A stretch of 62,615 nucleotides of DNA, counting the filler, from Choristocarpus tenellus KU-1152 (taxonomy: Eukaryota; Protista; Phaeophyceae): NCBI GenBank assembly GCA_964200185.2. It is 10 parts of 10 records of this genome, joined end to end, with 100 filler letters (N's around TTAATTAATTAA, not from the genome) between each part and the next. Parts side by side here need not be neighbours in the genome. Positions count along the whole stretch, not along the records: positions 1 to 7,047 come from CAXNAD020006792.1; positions 7,148 to 14,098 come from CAXNAD020006987.1; 8 more parts are not named here. One strand, given 5' to 3'. Each line of letters begins with the position of its first letter. Position 1 is the stretch's first letter. This document shows positions 1 to 12,789 of this stretch, one piece after another. Both the position numbers and the translations under genes were made by a program. The notes under the pieces were generated by a model. The model worked only from the letters and a program-made list of their open reading frames with translations. It searched no databases and was not told the DNA's origin.

Positions 1-106
1 CCCCCCAAAACCCAACAAACACAAAACAACACCAAAATTTAAAAGCAAAAAACCCCCCCCCCCCCCCCCCCCCCCTTCCCCTCCCTCACCTCAACCAAAC
101 ACTCAC

Positions 107-3100
107 CTTGACCTCATTGTCCAACTCCTTGAGAGTCTTTATCTCCTTCACCCCCCCTCCTTTCACAGCCCGTTCCCGAGCCTCCTTCATCCTCTTGATC
201 ACCGCCTTCGTGTCCACTCCAGATACATCAGGGTCTCTGCAAGGATAACAAGGATTACAATAATAATCATAATTAACACTCTCATCTGAAGGCTTAGCAG
301 GGATGGGGAGGGGGGAGGGGGAGGGGATGGATATACAGGACTTCATTAATAGTGAGCTTGTATCTCCTACAGATATACAGGACTTCATTAATAGTGAGCT
401 TGTATCTCCTACAGCCCATGACCCAACACCTCACCGCCTCCATAACTAATACCATTAATACTAGTGATACTATCAATAAGTAACATCATATCCAAGCAGT
501 CCAGAGCTGCCCAGGTAACTCATAAACTGTAGTTGTTGCTTCAGGTGGTTTCACAGGGGATAAATAATAAATTTCCTGGAACAAACTTCATGCCTGCGAG
601 CTAGAGACACAGATCAAGGTACTGATCTGGTCCACATGGATTTACACCAACCTCCCCTCTCCGTTGAAGTCGTTCAAAATTGACTTACCTGGGTTACTAC
701 TGGCTACCATATGACCTGAGAATCATCAAGAACATCACTGTTTTCATTTTTAATACCTCCAGTCCCTACTCTTGCTGTCAGTTAACTATATTCAGAACAT
801 CACACCACCTAAGAATATTAACCAGCTGATACTCATACAAATAACAAATGACAAGTAACAAAAAAAAAAAAAATGGGGGCAGTGGAAGAGAGGCACTGAA
901 AAGGTACACCTCAGAACCGCAACTGCTATTGCCCACATCTGCAGAAACCCCCCCCCCCGACACCCTTTAAAAACTAAGCTTTGATTGACCAATCAAAAAT
1001 CGGCATACCAAACTGTCTTATCCTGCTGCAAAAGCGGTAGCTCAATATTTCAGAACAACTGAGGTTATGGGTTCAAAGTCCAGCTGGACTGTCTATTCTT
1101 GACTTCCCACAGCAGGATGATAAAGATAATTTAAGAGTGAGAGTAACAGAGGGGTCTAGCAATGAACTCAAGAGGACAAAAAAAAAATCGAAATGACAAC
1201 TTGGGGAGAGAGAGAGAGAGCCCACAATTAGTGGGGCGATGAACAACAAAATATGCTGAGTTAACTTCCTAGTCACTGATTTCTTGTCTTAAAGTCTCAT
1301 ACAAAGTAATTTTTAAATATTTATATTTATATTTATATATATACGTATATGGCGGTTATCTATCAACACATATTTAACCAGCTATAGTCCTTACTTACAC
1401 TTAATGCTATTTTTATTTTTTCAACCCATCACTAAAATAAAAAAAGGACACTAACCGCAGCATGAAGAGCCAACCCCCATGCCCAACAGATAAGTCCCGG
1501 AGAGTGGAAGAAGCTGACATCAAACCAAACAGAGATATGTATTGACACAATTTGATTCAATGGAGAGTAGGAAATATGAGACAAAACAAGGCACATGCAT
1601 GAGATTAGGTGTAGGTGTAGGTGTATGATGGATACAATTTTCTTTGCATTTGTAAGGAACAAGCATTAAAACACATGGATAAATAGTAACCCTAACCCTT
1701 ATCTTGTACACAAACTGTGGTCCTACGTGTGATGATGTAATGTGATGCGATGTGATGTGATGAGGGCGAGTGCTAAAATACCCTACACAGTACAGTGGTA
1801 CACATCAGAGCATTCCTACTACTAGGAAAATAAAGACAGCGTAAACCAATTCACATTAGGGATGAATGTAAACCAGTTCACATGAGTTAGGGTTAGGGTT
1901 AGGGTTGAAAATCAGTTCGTACAAGGGACAGATGTTGGCAACAGCGGACTGTCCAGTCACATCAGCAAGCACAACAAGCAGGAACTTTGTTCCACAGACT
2001 CTGCCCAAGATTATGGGGGTAGGGCTCTGGGGCAGGCTCCAGGGCAAAGGCTCCAATTGGCACCGTGCAAAGCAGGTCACTCCATTGGTACAAATGTTGC
2101 TCTTTGTACAAGGACCACCATATCTCAAACCGTGACACTATCCCCTTGTCAATAATAAAGTAATCTACAATAAACAAGTATTGGTAGAGGGGTCAGGACT
2201 ACAAAATAAATCATGTTTACATTAAAATAGTTGAACAATGCTGCACAACTAAGAGATAAAATAAAAAACGAAAAAAAAAGTTGTTTCTGATTCCTTTTTT
2301 TTAAATGACAAGAATTGGGAATTTTTTGTTCTATTCAAGAAAATCACAAAATAAAAATAAGAGCTTTTTAGCTATGAGAAAAATAAAAAAGTTTACATTT
2401 AAGAAAGCTCCTGCAAAGGGTGGTTTAGCACTATCTGATGCATTCAACTATAGCATATGATACACTATGATACATACAGTAAGGAAAAGAAAAAAAGGAA
2501 CAAGCACAAAAATATATACAGTTACCAAAAGGAACACTAGATGAATATATTTTTGAAAACATACATGTTACACACTTCAACCAACCCCCATCATCAATAT
2601 CATCATCATTGACTAGATCTACTCATTCTTGTTGCCTACCAGATGAGGAGTATGTGTGTGGGAGTCTGGCCTCAGCTGCAATGTCCACAGCTTAACGCCT
2701 AGCAATAGCTACCAACACCAATACATATATATATATATATATATTATAGAAATGTTTCAGGTTTTAGACGGAGATATGGAGGATAAGTGTGTGTGTGGGG
2801 AGGGGGGGGAGTATATATTATCATGGACAAACACAAACACTAACCCTACAATGATATTTTCACAGATAAAAACTATACATACGGTGGGAATGGGGGGTAA
2901 AAACGGAACAGAATCTACTACTACAAAAAATGCACATTTATATGTATGTACTTGGTATATATATACCATACAGCAATTTTTCGTACCCTGAACTGGCTCT
3001 TCTGGTTCTGACTCCACCGCTACTCCCACACCCACCTCGCATCCCAGCTGATTTTTAAAAAAAGACACAAGGAGGGGGGGGAGGGGGATATATATATATA

Positions 3101-6100
3101 AGATTACAATGATACAAATAAGAGGAAGAGGTTAAAATGGTGATATCACTGGAGAAGCGATCTAGTAGATAATTGCAATATTAGAATAAGTCTTCTTAGA
3201 GTTAGGGATTAAAAAACATCCATCCATCCATCTGATTTGTTATTTCGTACCGCTATATTTTTTGATGTTGTACACGACAAGGCAAGGTCTAAAAATAATG
3301 AATAAAAAAAAAAACTACACACCATCGACAAATTCCAAAAAGAATAAAATAATGAGAAATTGATAAAAAAAGAATCATACATTTTTTTTAAATAAAAATA
3401 TTAAAACTATAAAAAACAGGTGGGAGCAAAGATACTATAGGGGTTGCTCACAATGCAACTATCAACACCAAAATAGAGTTTTCTATCGGTGTACATATCC
3501 CTAACCCTAACCCTAACCCTATATCCTCTACATCGGTCCTCAACCTTGACATAGATAGACGCCTTCCCATCTTCACTAGATGTGGATACAGAGATATGAA
3601 AAGAATCCGATGGTCTTTGAAAACTAAGGTTAGGGTTGGGTTTCACTGGACAATGAGGAAGGAACAAAGGCATCATCTTCTGGCACAACAGTCAACAGCA
3701 CAACAACTTTTCAAAAAAAGAAAATGGCACCCTTGCCTTCCTTTCCCACAGATTTTTTCTGTTCCTTTTGTACGTGAGGTAGGAAGGCTTTTTTCTCCTG
3801 GTAAACTCTTTTCAACTCACCCTATCCAACACTCAAGGTACGAGCTACATGCACTGCTGCTAAAAAAAAAAAGAATGTTCAATTTTTTTTTTTTTTATTA
3901 ACCAAAAGATCGATACGGTCTCTAAAATCAAAAAAGATAAAAAAAAATGTTTTCTAAACGGCTACAGAGCAGAGAGAGAGAGGTCATTCAGCAAGAGCAC
4001 AGAAAAAAAAAAGCCTGACGAACACGCCTTCCCACAATTTTGGGATTATTTACGTTGCGGCTTGGTCAACAGTTATATTTAGATCAGCAGGCAGACCACA
4101 GACAAAGAGTATATCCTCGGTGAGTGCAGAAAAGGGTTCAGTCAGAACCAAGGTGTGGTGTGTTCTGTCAAAAATAAAATAAAAAATGAATTCGTGTGGC
4201 ACCCTCTGCTCTTAGTCGCAAGTACACCAAAGGTTGCCACTGTGAAAAATAGAACAATTTCGTATGTGGACCCAATAGGAGTGAACAGCTCACAAGTCAA
4301 TTCTATTATGTACATATAGTACGATACTGATGATTAGCTTGATATTGTCTAAGAGGGGGTTGTCGTGTTTTGTTTTGAGCACTGGCGCTGCAGAGGACAC
4401 TCTCATCCAATAATATCTTCATCTCATTCAATAATATCTTCATCTCATCCAATAATATCTTCATCTCATTCAATAATATCATCACAGCTAATCTTCGGAT
4501 ACAATCACACCCTTCCTGGGGATTAAACTGCATTTCATTAAACTGCATTTGAGGCATGAGCATCGAGGACATTGCACAAAAAGGTGTCAAAACTAAGCCC
4601 CCCTATTTAGATGGTTTCACCCTTAACAGCAATAGTTACGCTGTTGCATTGCCATTTTTTTCAGTACTAAAACTATCTCCTTGTTCTTGATTGAAGTTGG
4701 CAGGATTGGTCACCAACTTCTAAAATTTCGCAACAGTGTCCGAAGGTGTATCTCATACAAATAAAAAAAAGTATCAACACTCTCAACTCCATCCCCAGGT
4801 GAGACAAAACGGAGAGGAGCAGAACAAACATAACTGCCAGTAATACAACTATGTGGACATACAAAAAGAGGGAGAACAGGTGGTTACTTGATCCCATGAT
4901 ACATAATACGAACATTACTATTGATTTGTGGTACTATTAATTTGTGGGATCAAGTAAGGCAAGTTTACTGGAGGTCATCATCCTTTGATATGCATAGATG
5001 TATATATTATTGTTATATTGTTACTTCTTTTTTTTAACTGACCCGATCACAGACCGCCTCGACAGTATCAGCAGGGTCAGCCTGAACACGCCTGACAGAA
5101 CCATCTGTCATCCTCACCCTAACAGTCAGCTGCACATAGTGAAAAACAATAACAGCGCCATTTCAAGAGGAAGAGGGAGATTGGGAAGATGATGAGCTTG
5201 AAAAACAACCATGCAAAAAAGGGCGTTTGGGGTGGGTGACGAACAACCTCAAGTGTCCCATTAGTGCCCTCATGTATGCTTGTCCTCTTGTATACTTGTA
5301 TACATCAGCATGTTGCTGATTGAAACATTGGATAGATTTTCTTCCTTCACTGTGGCACTCTGCATCACAACAAAATCCTCAGCTGTGCATTATCTTCATG
5401 TCAGAAGAGGTCGGGGGGAGGGGGAGGTCGCATTTCTTCATTAAAATCACGTGATGTTTAAACGAAAGATTGACGTATCCATTGAAGGGTTCACATCTCT
5501 TCACAACAAGGCATTAGATCAAATCTGAGTTATATTTTAAATCTGTCAAGCACATTACCACTTCATGGTGAATAGTGCCATACTTCAAAGTTCTCCTTGG
5601 TTTGCCTGCAGTTGCAGATCACTCAATGAGTTGTGTAGGGTATGTGACATACTCTCACGCAGCACAACACATCTTCAGATGGTTTGTACCATTAGGTAGG
5701 TCAGCACATGGATTGGAACCAATCGCCTCTATACCATCGCAGAGAAAATAAAAGTTTTCTGCAACTCGATCTATCAATTAACATCTCGATCTCTGTGTAA
5801 ACATACTTCTTAAAAACAAGTCATCATGCCATGAGTCGGAGGCATAGCCCAGCAAAAATCTGGTCCTACACAAAGAAGAACTTTAAGTCCATACCGCACC
5901 ATTAGCTTTTATTTTCCTCATCTGATGAGTTGCAGGTGCAGGTTCGTGGATACAGGAATTGTACAAGCGGGAAAAAACAAATAGATATAAGTGGGTCTTA
6001 AAAACCTGTAAGATAATGAAAATGGGTTCAGTGATTTGTACATAATCCATAACCACTGAATTGTGCGGCATACACGAGATAGCTCGCCAGAGGTTTGATT

Positions 6101-6550
6101 TGTGAAATACGGTTTCTCCTGACCTCATTTTCTGGTATATGGACAAGTTCCTTGCATTGTACGAGGTAACACGTGGCAGGGGTAGAGTGCACACAACCAC
6201 AAGCACACTGCCATATGTCATACGCTCATAAATGGCAAGCCCTAATGGCAAAAACAATCAAAATCTTCACGTGCAAAGAAATAATCAGGATCCATTCTCC
6301 TCGAGGGTTAATACTTGACCTAATGGTCGAGACACTTCGCCTAACCCTCTCGATTTGTCTCACGTTCCACCACCTATATACCAAGTCGACCACCCAAGCA
6401 TCTGCGTCACGTACAGAGAGGAGTGGGAAATGCTTTGCTAGTTTTACAATATACCAACAATACCTGTACCTCAGTTGTTCCCAAGGCATTTTCCACAGTC
6501 GAAGCCACGAATGCGAAGACCAGTAGAACGAGTCTCCAACTTCGTAACAT
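107..6550 (-). CDS. NPL4-like protein, 5' part (predicted signal peptide + N-terminal ubiquitin-like domain); truncated by contig edge
   Basis: Five GT-AG exons with consistent phases: 6550-6470, 5129-5043, 3047-2987, 1513-1456, 236-107. They give MLRSWRLVLLVFAFVASTVENALGTTE|LTVRVRMTDGSVRRVQADPADTVEAVCDR|LGCEVGVGVAVESEPEEPVQ|ASSTLRDLSVGHGGWLFMLR|DPDVSG...TLKELDNEVK. The motifs 'xRVRxxDG' and 'TLxxLxxxHGxxLF' resemble the NPL4 N-terminal UBL domain. Confidence 0.6.
330..413. repeat. ~43-bp direct duplication
   Basis: atatacaggacttcattaatagtgagcttgtatctcctacag occurs twice in tandem. Confidence 0.85.
1887..1904 (+). repeat. Interstitial telomeric repeat (TTAGGG)3
   Basis: Read directly; lies in an intron of the NPL4-like gene. 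Confidence 0.85.
3499..3520 (-). repeat. Interstitial telomeric repeat (CCCTAA)3+
   Basis: Read directly. Confidence 0.85.
4401..4482. repeat. 21-bp minisatellite x4
   Basis: tctcat(c/t)caataatatcttca repeated about 4 times. Confidence 0.85.
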
Positions 6551-7047
6551 GATGACCTTTGAACAAAAGTTAGAGCTCTAACCCTGGGTACGGCCAACCT
6601 TTAAAATTATCTGCCACAAGGAGGTGATACCTACTACAAGATATTAAATTCCTTCCTAGTGACACCCCTCTGGTCCTTTAAATATGACAAACGTTCAGGG
6701 GTCGAGCTTGATGTTTTCCTCTCTCTGGTTGAAGTATCGTGTGTCCCATAAATTCTTGAAATGTGTGAGGAAACCCTCCCACATATATAGCGCGCGAGCT
6801 CGATGACTTGCTTGCCTCGCGATTTTATGATCACGCGACAACGATACTATATCATAGTTCTTTGTTATGTTGTATTTGTAAATGTGTGAGGGAGAAAGCC
6901 AGACCAATAGGATATTTGCGCAAAATGTAATTCACTTTCTAAAAAGTCTAATATGTCATTATATGTCAACATGGTAGGTCTAATACTATATGTCTCGACG
7001 TGTCATGCGTTTTAAGCTGGAGTCACCAGGGAGATGGGCACGGGGGG

Positions 7048-7147
7048 NNNNNNNNNNNNNNNNNNNNNNNNNNNNNNNNNNNNNNNNNNNNTTAATTAAT
7101 TAANNNNNNNNNNNNNNNNNNNNNNNNNNNNNNNNNNNNNNNNNNNN
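7048..7147. other. Artificial contig linker (first of nine)
   Basis: Exactly 100 bp, N44-TTAATTAATTAA-N44, with stops in all six frames. Identical linkers at 14099-14198, 19834-19933, 23325-23424, 35613-35712, 39287-39386, 47528-47627, 53244-53343 and 57782-57881. Confidence 0.97.
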
Positions 7148-7595
7148 TACAACACCCCCTCAAGCTCTGAATGGACGACCTGGGCTAAACAACCCCCCCC
7201 CCCCCCCACCCCTCTAGGATACTGTGGGCCAGTTCTTAACAGCATTAACACTCCTTTAGAAAAGTGCAGGCTCTTGTCATTGATGCTTCATCAGAAGGGG
7301 CTAAGTAAACATCATTGGAGTGTAGCAGAAAAGGGGTTGTAGTGATGTGCCCATTTTGAGCAAGCAAGCATTGGCATGGAAGCAAGAGATCTCCCCTTCC
7401 ACGGCAACAGCATGTACCACCTCAATGAATGGAGCACTGCAACAAAGCCTAGGACCAGGAGTCAAGCCCTGCAGGAACTCAATCAAACAAACGTTCTGTA
7501 ACGGATACTCCATTCCCCTCTCTACAGAAAAATTCCGTGAAGGACTAACTCATAGCTACCACTAAAAAGAGGACGTAGCATATTGCAGGGTGCAC

Positions 7596-10570
7596 CTGCT
7601 GATAGTACTCCAGCTGAGTGTCCCCTCTAGGAAGAGGAGCCTCCCCCACGATTTCAGGACAAATCCAGCGCTGAGTTCCTGTGTCAAATATGATGACATC
7701 ATTCATGTACGTCCCCTGACGGTTTGAGTCTGAAATTTCACCGCCGACGCCTCCGAATAGAAAAATCTTCCAGTCAGGGACGGATGCTACGGAGCATGTC
7801 GCATGGTGCCAGCGTGGTACGTCCATAGCCCCAGTCTCCACCTGACTTGGCACCATTTTGACCAACCAGTTAGTTGATGGAGCACGCCTTGCTCATCATT
7901 GGTTAGAATGCCGGTATTTTGCTCAGGACTATTCTGTGCTGATGGGGTTCACACAGTGTGGGTAGATAAACGCTCAAATACATGGGGCCATTGAAGTTAA
8001 GAATAAATAGGTTACATAGACTCACAACCCCTTCAACGGCATAATTGTGAATGACATAGTAGTTATCACAGTGCGAAATGAAAACCACAACAATGTTAAT
8101 AACAAGAGAGATGACAGTCAATCAACAGTATTAAAGACAAAATGAAGTAACGATAACTACGATAATATAAAAATTATAGTGTAGATAACAATAAGGGTAT
8201 TAAAAAAAATAACAATGTAGAGAACAAAAATCATGGCAAGAAGCAATGATGTTGGCATCAATCAGTCTCACCTCGCTCCAAAGTGGAGGGTCCATTTCCG
8301 TATCCAGTTGGAACATGTCCTTGAATTCGTTGGTGCTGGAATGCCCTCCGATCACGAACATGAGATTTTCAACCGACACTGCACTGTGACCAGAGCGTTT
8401 TTTGGGTCCTTTTCCCTTGGGAGTCATCTGGTTCAAGCAGATATTCTTTGTTGATGAAAGATATCATAAACTGTTATTTTTCGAGAATGGAACTGATGCT
8501 AAGGGCAATGATCCTCAACCCATATGAGGAGGGATATGTGGAGTCCAGCATATGGTGAAACTAGCCTCTCCAATGGAAAGCATGGCTCCGTTTCGGAGGC
8601 ACCATGTATAGGCATTGCTATTTGTATACCAAGTATGTCTCAAGTCAGGTTTTCCAGTTATTTCCATGCACCTTTTGCACAACTTACTTGGGTAAGGAGT
8701 ATCTTTTTGAGTCAAAGTATCTTAGAGGGTAGAGCCATGTCTATTTGGGGGTCAAAATCCAATGTTGCGATTTTGATGTAATTTGGCTATTGTGTTTGTT
8801 AGGAAGTGTCAGTATCCTTGTTCCAGACACACCTCTTCATAATGTAAACAATTTACGTACTCTGAAATGTTTCAGAGTAGGTAAAATGTGATAAAATAAT
8901 CTGTGGGAAGCCAAGCCCCAAACGGACGAACAGGGAAAAACTCGTACCCTCTAAGATACTTTCACTCTCTAGGTAATACTCAGTTATTTAGTATGGTCAA
9001 TCTGAAGTTAATCTGCAGTCCATATAGGTTGTGCTCTACTGCACAAGGGCTTGTTCACTGCTATGTACTCGTGATACAAAGACAATCACCAGGGACCCAC
9101 CTTGATCCACTTCCAGGTCTTGATGTCAAGGACACAGGTATTGTCCAGGTCTTTCTGGCTATACATTGCTCCTCCGTATCCCCCAAATACCCATAGTCGA
9201 GAGGAAATTAAGCAGGCAGAGTGACCCCCTCTTGGAGTGGGAACATTTGGGCTCTGCTCTTGTGGGTTGCAATTTAGTTCCCATCGCCGAGACACGACTT
9301 GGTACACCCACACGTCATTTAACCTCTCACTTGAAGACCGGAAACCACCGAGCACCAGAATCCTGAAGAGTACGTCGAGCAACGATGTCATGGGACGGAA
9401 GGTGACATTAACGCAGTTGGTCATTGTCAGCAATGTTGAGTATGGCAGTCCTATCTTACCATTTCTCCGTCTATTGCATTGCATGCCAGACGAACAAAAT
9501 TATTTTTTTTGTTGGTCCTCAGATAGGGTTAGGGTGAAGGTACTAATCTTGCTAATTGTGGTGTGGGACGCCACCACATGTATCGTACGAATGTTTTCAC
9601 TTGGTTATGCTAGGACATCTTTTTTGGAGATAATAGCAGGCTTCTAGAGTATCGTATTGTGGGAGTCTCTATGTGTAACCCAGGCATTAGACCAATTCCG
9701 ACCACTAAAGGTGAATCAGAGGATAAGGATCATTGCCGGATATCTAATCCAAGCTTATTATGTTATTGGCAAAATTAGTACACCTGTTCTCCTCTATGTC
9801 TGTCGCAGTATGTCTCCATCTAGGGCATGGCCATGCCGTTCCGTCGTCAGAGTTAGCATCTCCACTAGTCCCTCCGCTTGGGTCAGATGTTTCGAAAGTC
9901 TTTGGTAGACTGAGCTGCATCATCGGGGTCAGATTTTGTGTTGACGAAGAGTGGGCTAAGGTAAGCGTGAGCTAAGGCGAGACTATGTATGCTCTTCGAA
10001 GAATAGTTTAGTGCGGAGCACTACTATTCAGGGCAAGTGCGATCAAAGCTGTACTAGCAGTGTTCAACTCTATAGTAGTTTTTGAAATGCGCTGAAATAT
10101 GGGTGATCTAAAACTAACGGATTATTTTTCATCCTCGTTGCATATTCTCACATATGACTCATGCTCCGCTCATCTGACTTGCGAACCTTTTTTGAACAGC
10201 GCCTCCATTCAGCACAGGTAGAACTCATCTTGAGCAGCCAAAGTTCATCTGTGGGACCAGCAGGTGATACCCCTTCTGCTAGTCCGCCGAACATGTACAC
10301 ATTCGGCCCCATGGAAGTCATACTATGCCCTGACCGACCCGAAGGCACCTCGATACAATGTAATAAGAACGGCAGGTAGCATGCAATGAGGACAGCATTC
10401 ATAGATGTTCGACCAGAAGAGATCCAAGAAGGTTGAGATAATCTTGACTTTGTCCATACACATTTTACCAAAGATGCGACCAATCTCACCCCATCCACTT
10501 GTTTTTCATTGGATTCAGTCTTACGACCAGGAGGAGCTGTAATTGGAACCCATGTGATTTTATGCCCCAT
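7596..10570 (-). CDS. Kelch-repeat N-terminus, probably of an outer-arm dynein alpha-type heavy chain (Chlamydomonas ODA11-like); partial
   Basis: Exons ~10570-10525, ~10349-10187, ~9915-9784, 9362-9101, 8427-8272, 7841-7596; the first three boundaries are approximate. They encode successive kelch blades (PSGRSGHS..YMFGG; CPRWRHTAT..ILVLGG; PRGGHSA..WVFGGYGG; RSGHSA..FVIGG; SVPDWKIFLFGG...DTGTQRW..P..GEAPLPRGDT). The last blade resembles the alpha-DHC kelch domain as I recall it. The motor domain is not in this contig. Confidence 0.75.
8709..8967 (+). mobile_element. MITE copy 1 (GAG...CTC family), in kelch/dynein intron
   Basis: TIRs GAGTCAAAGTATCTTAGAGGGTA / TACCCTCTAAGATACTTTCACTC; no clear TSD. 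Confidence 0.9.
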
Positions 10571-10829
10571 CCTATGCTCCTGACAGAGAAGATTCCTCTC
10601 AGTGCCTCCAGCATCAATCTGTTTTCATCGCCACTTATCACAATACCACTCTTTTCCGATCTAGGTATAAAATTCCAGTCGCGCAGCTTTGTCAAGATTA
10701 TCTTCAGTTAGTAGTACAGATCCAAAAAAGGATCAAACCGACGTTTCGTTTCTTTTCTTTTATTCTCTGCGTATATTAGAAGGACCACAAAAATTCGAAA
10801 ACAGAAGATAGTCTAGTAACACAAATCAA

Positions 10830-12780
10830 TACTTGAGTACCATCAATTCCCTCTATCCACCAGTCCCTTTCTTGCCACTTGGTGATGAACCTACCACTGG
10901 GGAAGTGAGGAGTGCCATACGTTCTGTGGCCAACCGAAATTATGTGGGCCCAGATGATCATACTGTGGAACTCTTGAACCAGGGACTTGACGAGAGGAAC
11001 CCCTTCCCCTGCAGGTCTTCCAGAAAATTAGTCTTGCCGTGTGGCGGTTAGAGGAGGTCCCTCAGCAGTGGAGGACGCTTTCATTAAACCCATCCATAAG
11101 AAGAAGGATCGGACTGATTGTGGCACTGCAGGTGCATTTCAATTGTATCTCATGCGGGTGAAGTATTCCTCAAAGTTGTTGCACGACGCCTAGGAACCTA
11201 CATTGAGCAGGACGGCATATCACTAGAGGAGCAATGCAGATTCCGACCTAGATGATCGATCATTGACATGTTGTACGTGGCGCGTGTCTTTCTGGAACTC
11301 GATTAATAAAAGAAGATCCCTTTGCATATGTGTTTCATCGACCAAAAGAAAGAATATGACTCTGTACATCGAGACCTTCCATGGACAGTACTGGGCAAAT
11401 TTGGCATGTCAGCCAAGTTCATTTCGATCAATCGTCAATTCCATGTCGTAACGCGGGCTTGTGAGCAAATGGATGATGGGGAACGCCCCGACTGGTTCAA
11501 TATTGAACAAGGCAACTGTGCAATCTGCAATATTTTGTCGCCCAGCTACTGCTTAATCCCTACTTTACCGGTGTACTGGAGAGGTTCAGTACCGAAGAGC
11601 ATATCTCTGAAGAAGATTTTGTCTGTGTGAGGAGAACTAAGTAGAAGCAGCAGACCTTTATAGTGGAGAGACGACAACAAGAGATACTTTCAAGGTTGCT
11701 GGAACCGTTTCGTACTTCAAAGTATATGGTGTTTGCTGATGATGCAGTGTTGTGTCCATGACCTGAGAAAGTTTGGTCAAAATGATGACTGTCATTGTCA
11801 CATGCCAGAGGCATTTGGATTGACTGTCTTAGAGAATAAGACGAAGATAATGTGTCTCCAGGTCCCGAGAAGAGGCCAACACAGGAATACAGATCGAGGT
11901 TGGAAGACAACGGTTTCAGCAGACTGACAGGTTTGTCTAGAAGGTTCACTCAGTGATAATGCCAATATCACCACCAAGATCCAACTCTATCCAGAGGGCA
12001 TGGGGGTGAATCAAGAAGTACAGTAAATTGTTATATTACCAAGCAGTAGTTATACTACTTGAGCTACGGAGTCGAATGCTCAAAGCCAAGTACTTGAGCC
12101 TCTGCTGTATGGATTCATGACTTGGACACTAAGAAGGATCACTACACCTAATTCCGTGCCCAAACACAGCAAATTCCTACAGGGTTAGAGCCAAATCTTC
12201 GTGGGTAGAGTCGGTCCATTTGGGGCCAAAACCCAAAGTTGCGATTTTGATGTAATCTTGGCTATCGTGTTTGCTAGGAAATGTCAATATCCATGTTCCG
12301 GACACACCTTTTCATAAGATATACATTTTACCCACTCCTAAACATTTTGGAGTAGGAAAATGTCAATAAAAACTCCTTGGAAGCCAAGCCCCAAATGGAC
12401 AAACAGGGCAAAACTCATACCCTCTAATATACTTTCAATCTTACATTTCGTTCCACACACGGAAACGTACAGGCCACCCTATGTCACACACAAGCCCCTC
12501 TGAGAAATGGATGTGAGGGCAATGAGGCCAGTACCCACAAAGAGAAAGCAGATATCTGCGGATTCATGTTTCAAATAGATGATGATCAGTTGCCCAAGGA
12601 CCTAATGATTGGAGAAGTCAACCCTTACAAACCAAAAGGAGAGAAGTGAGGCCACGAGAAAAACAGTGGTGGTGCAACCAAGGCGACCTCAACGCTTTCG
12701 AAATCATAGCCGATCAGTCGGTTTCCCTTGCAGAAGACTCAGACAGGTTGAACAGATGTGTGGGGGTTGAAGCAAAAGTA
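10830..12780 (+). mobile_element. Decayed RTE-clade LINE reverse transcriptase
   Basis: Frameshifted motifs GPD...[61 protein letters not shown] and FGLTV..KTKIM. Confidence 0.85.
12188..12440 (+). mobile_element. MITE copy 2, nested in the RTE LINE
   Basis: Matches the family consensus with degraded TIRs. Confidence 0.85.
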
Positions 12781-12789
12781 CTCATACTT

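Noticed and set aside
2637-3610. WD40-like exon candidates (GVKLWTL; STSSEDGKASIY)
   Set aside because: They lie inside NPL4-like introns and are not needed for phase continuity. The resemblance is too short to support.
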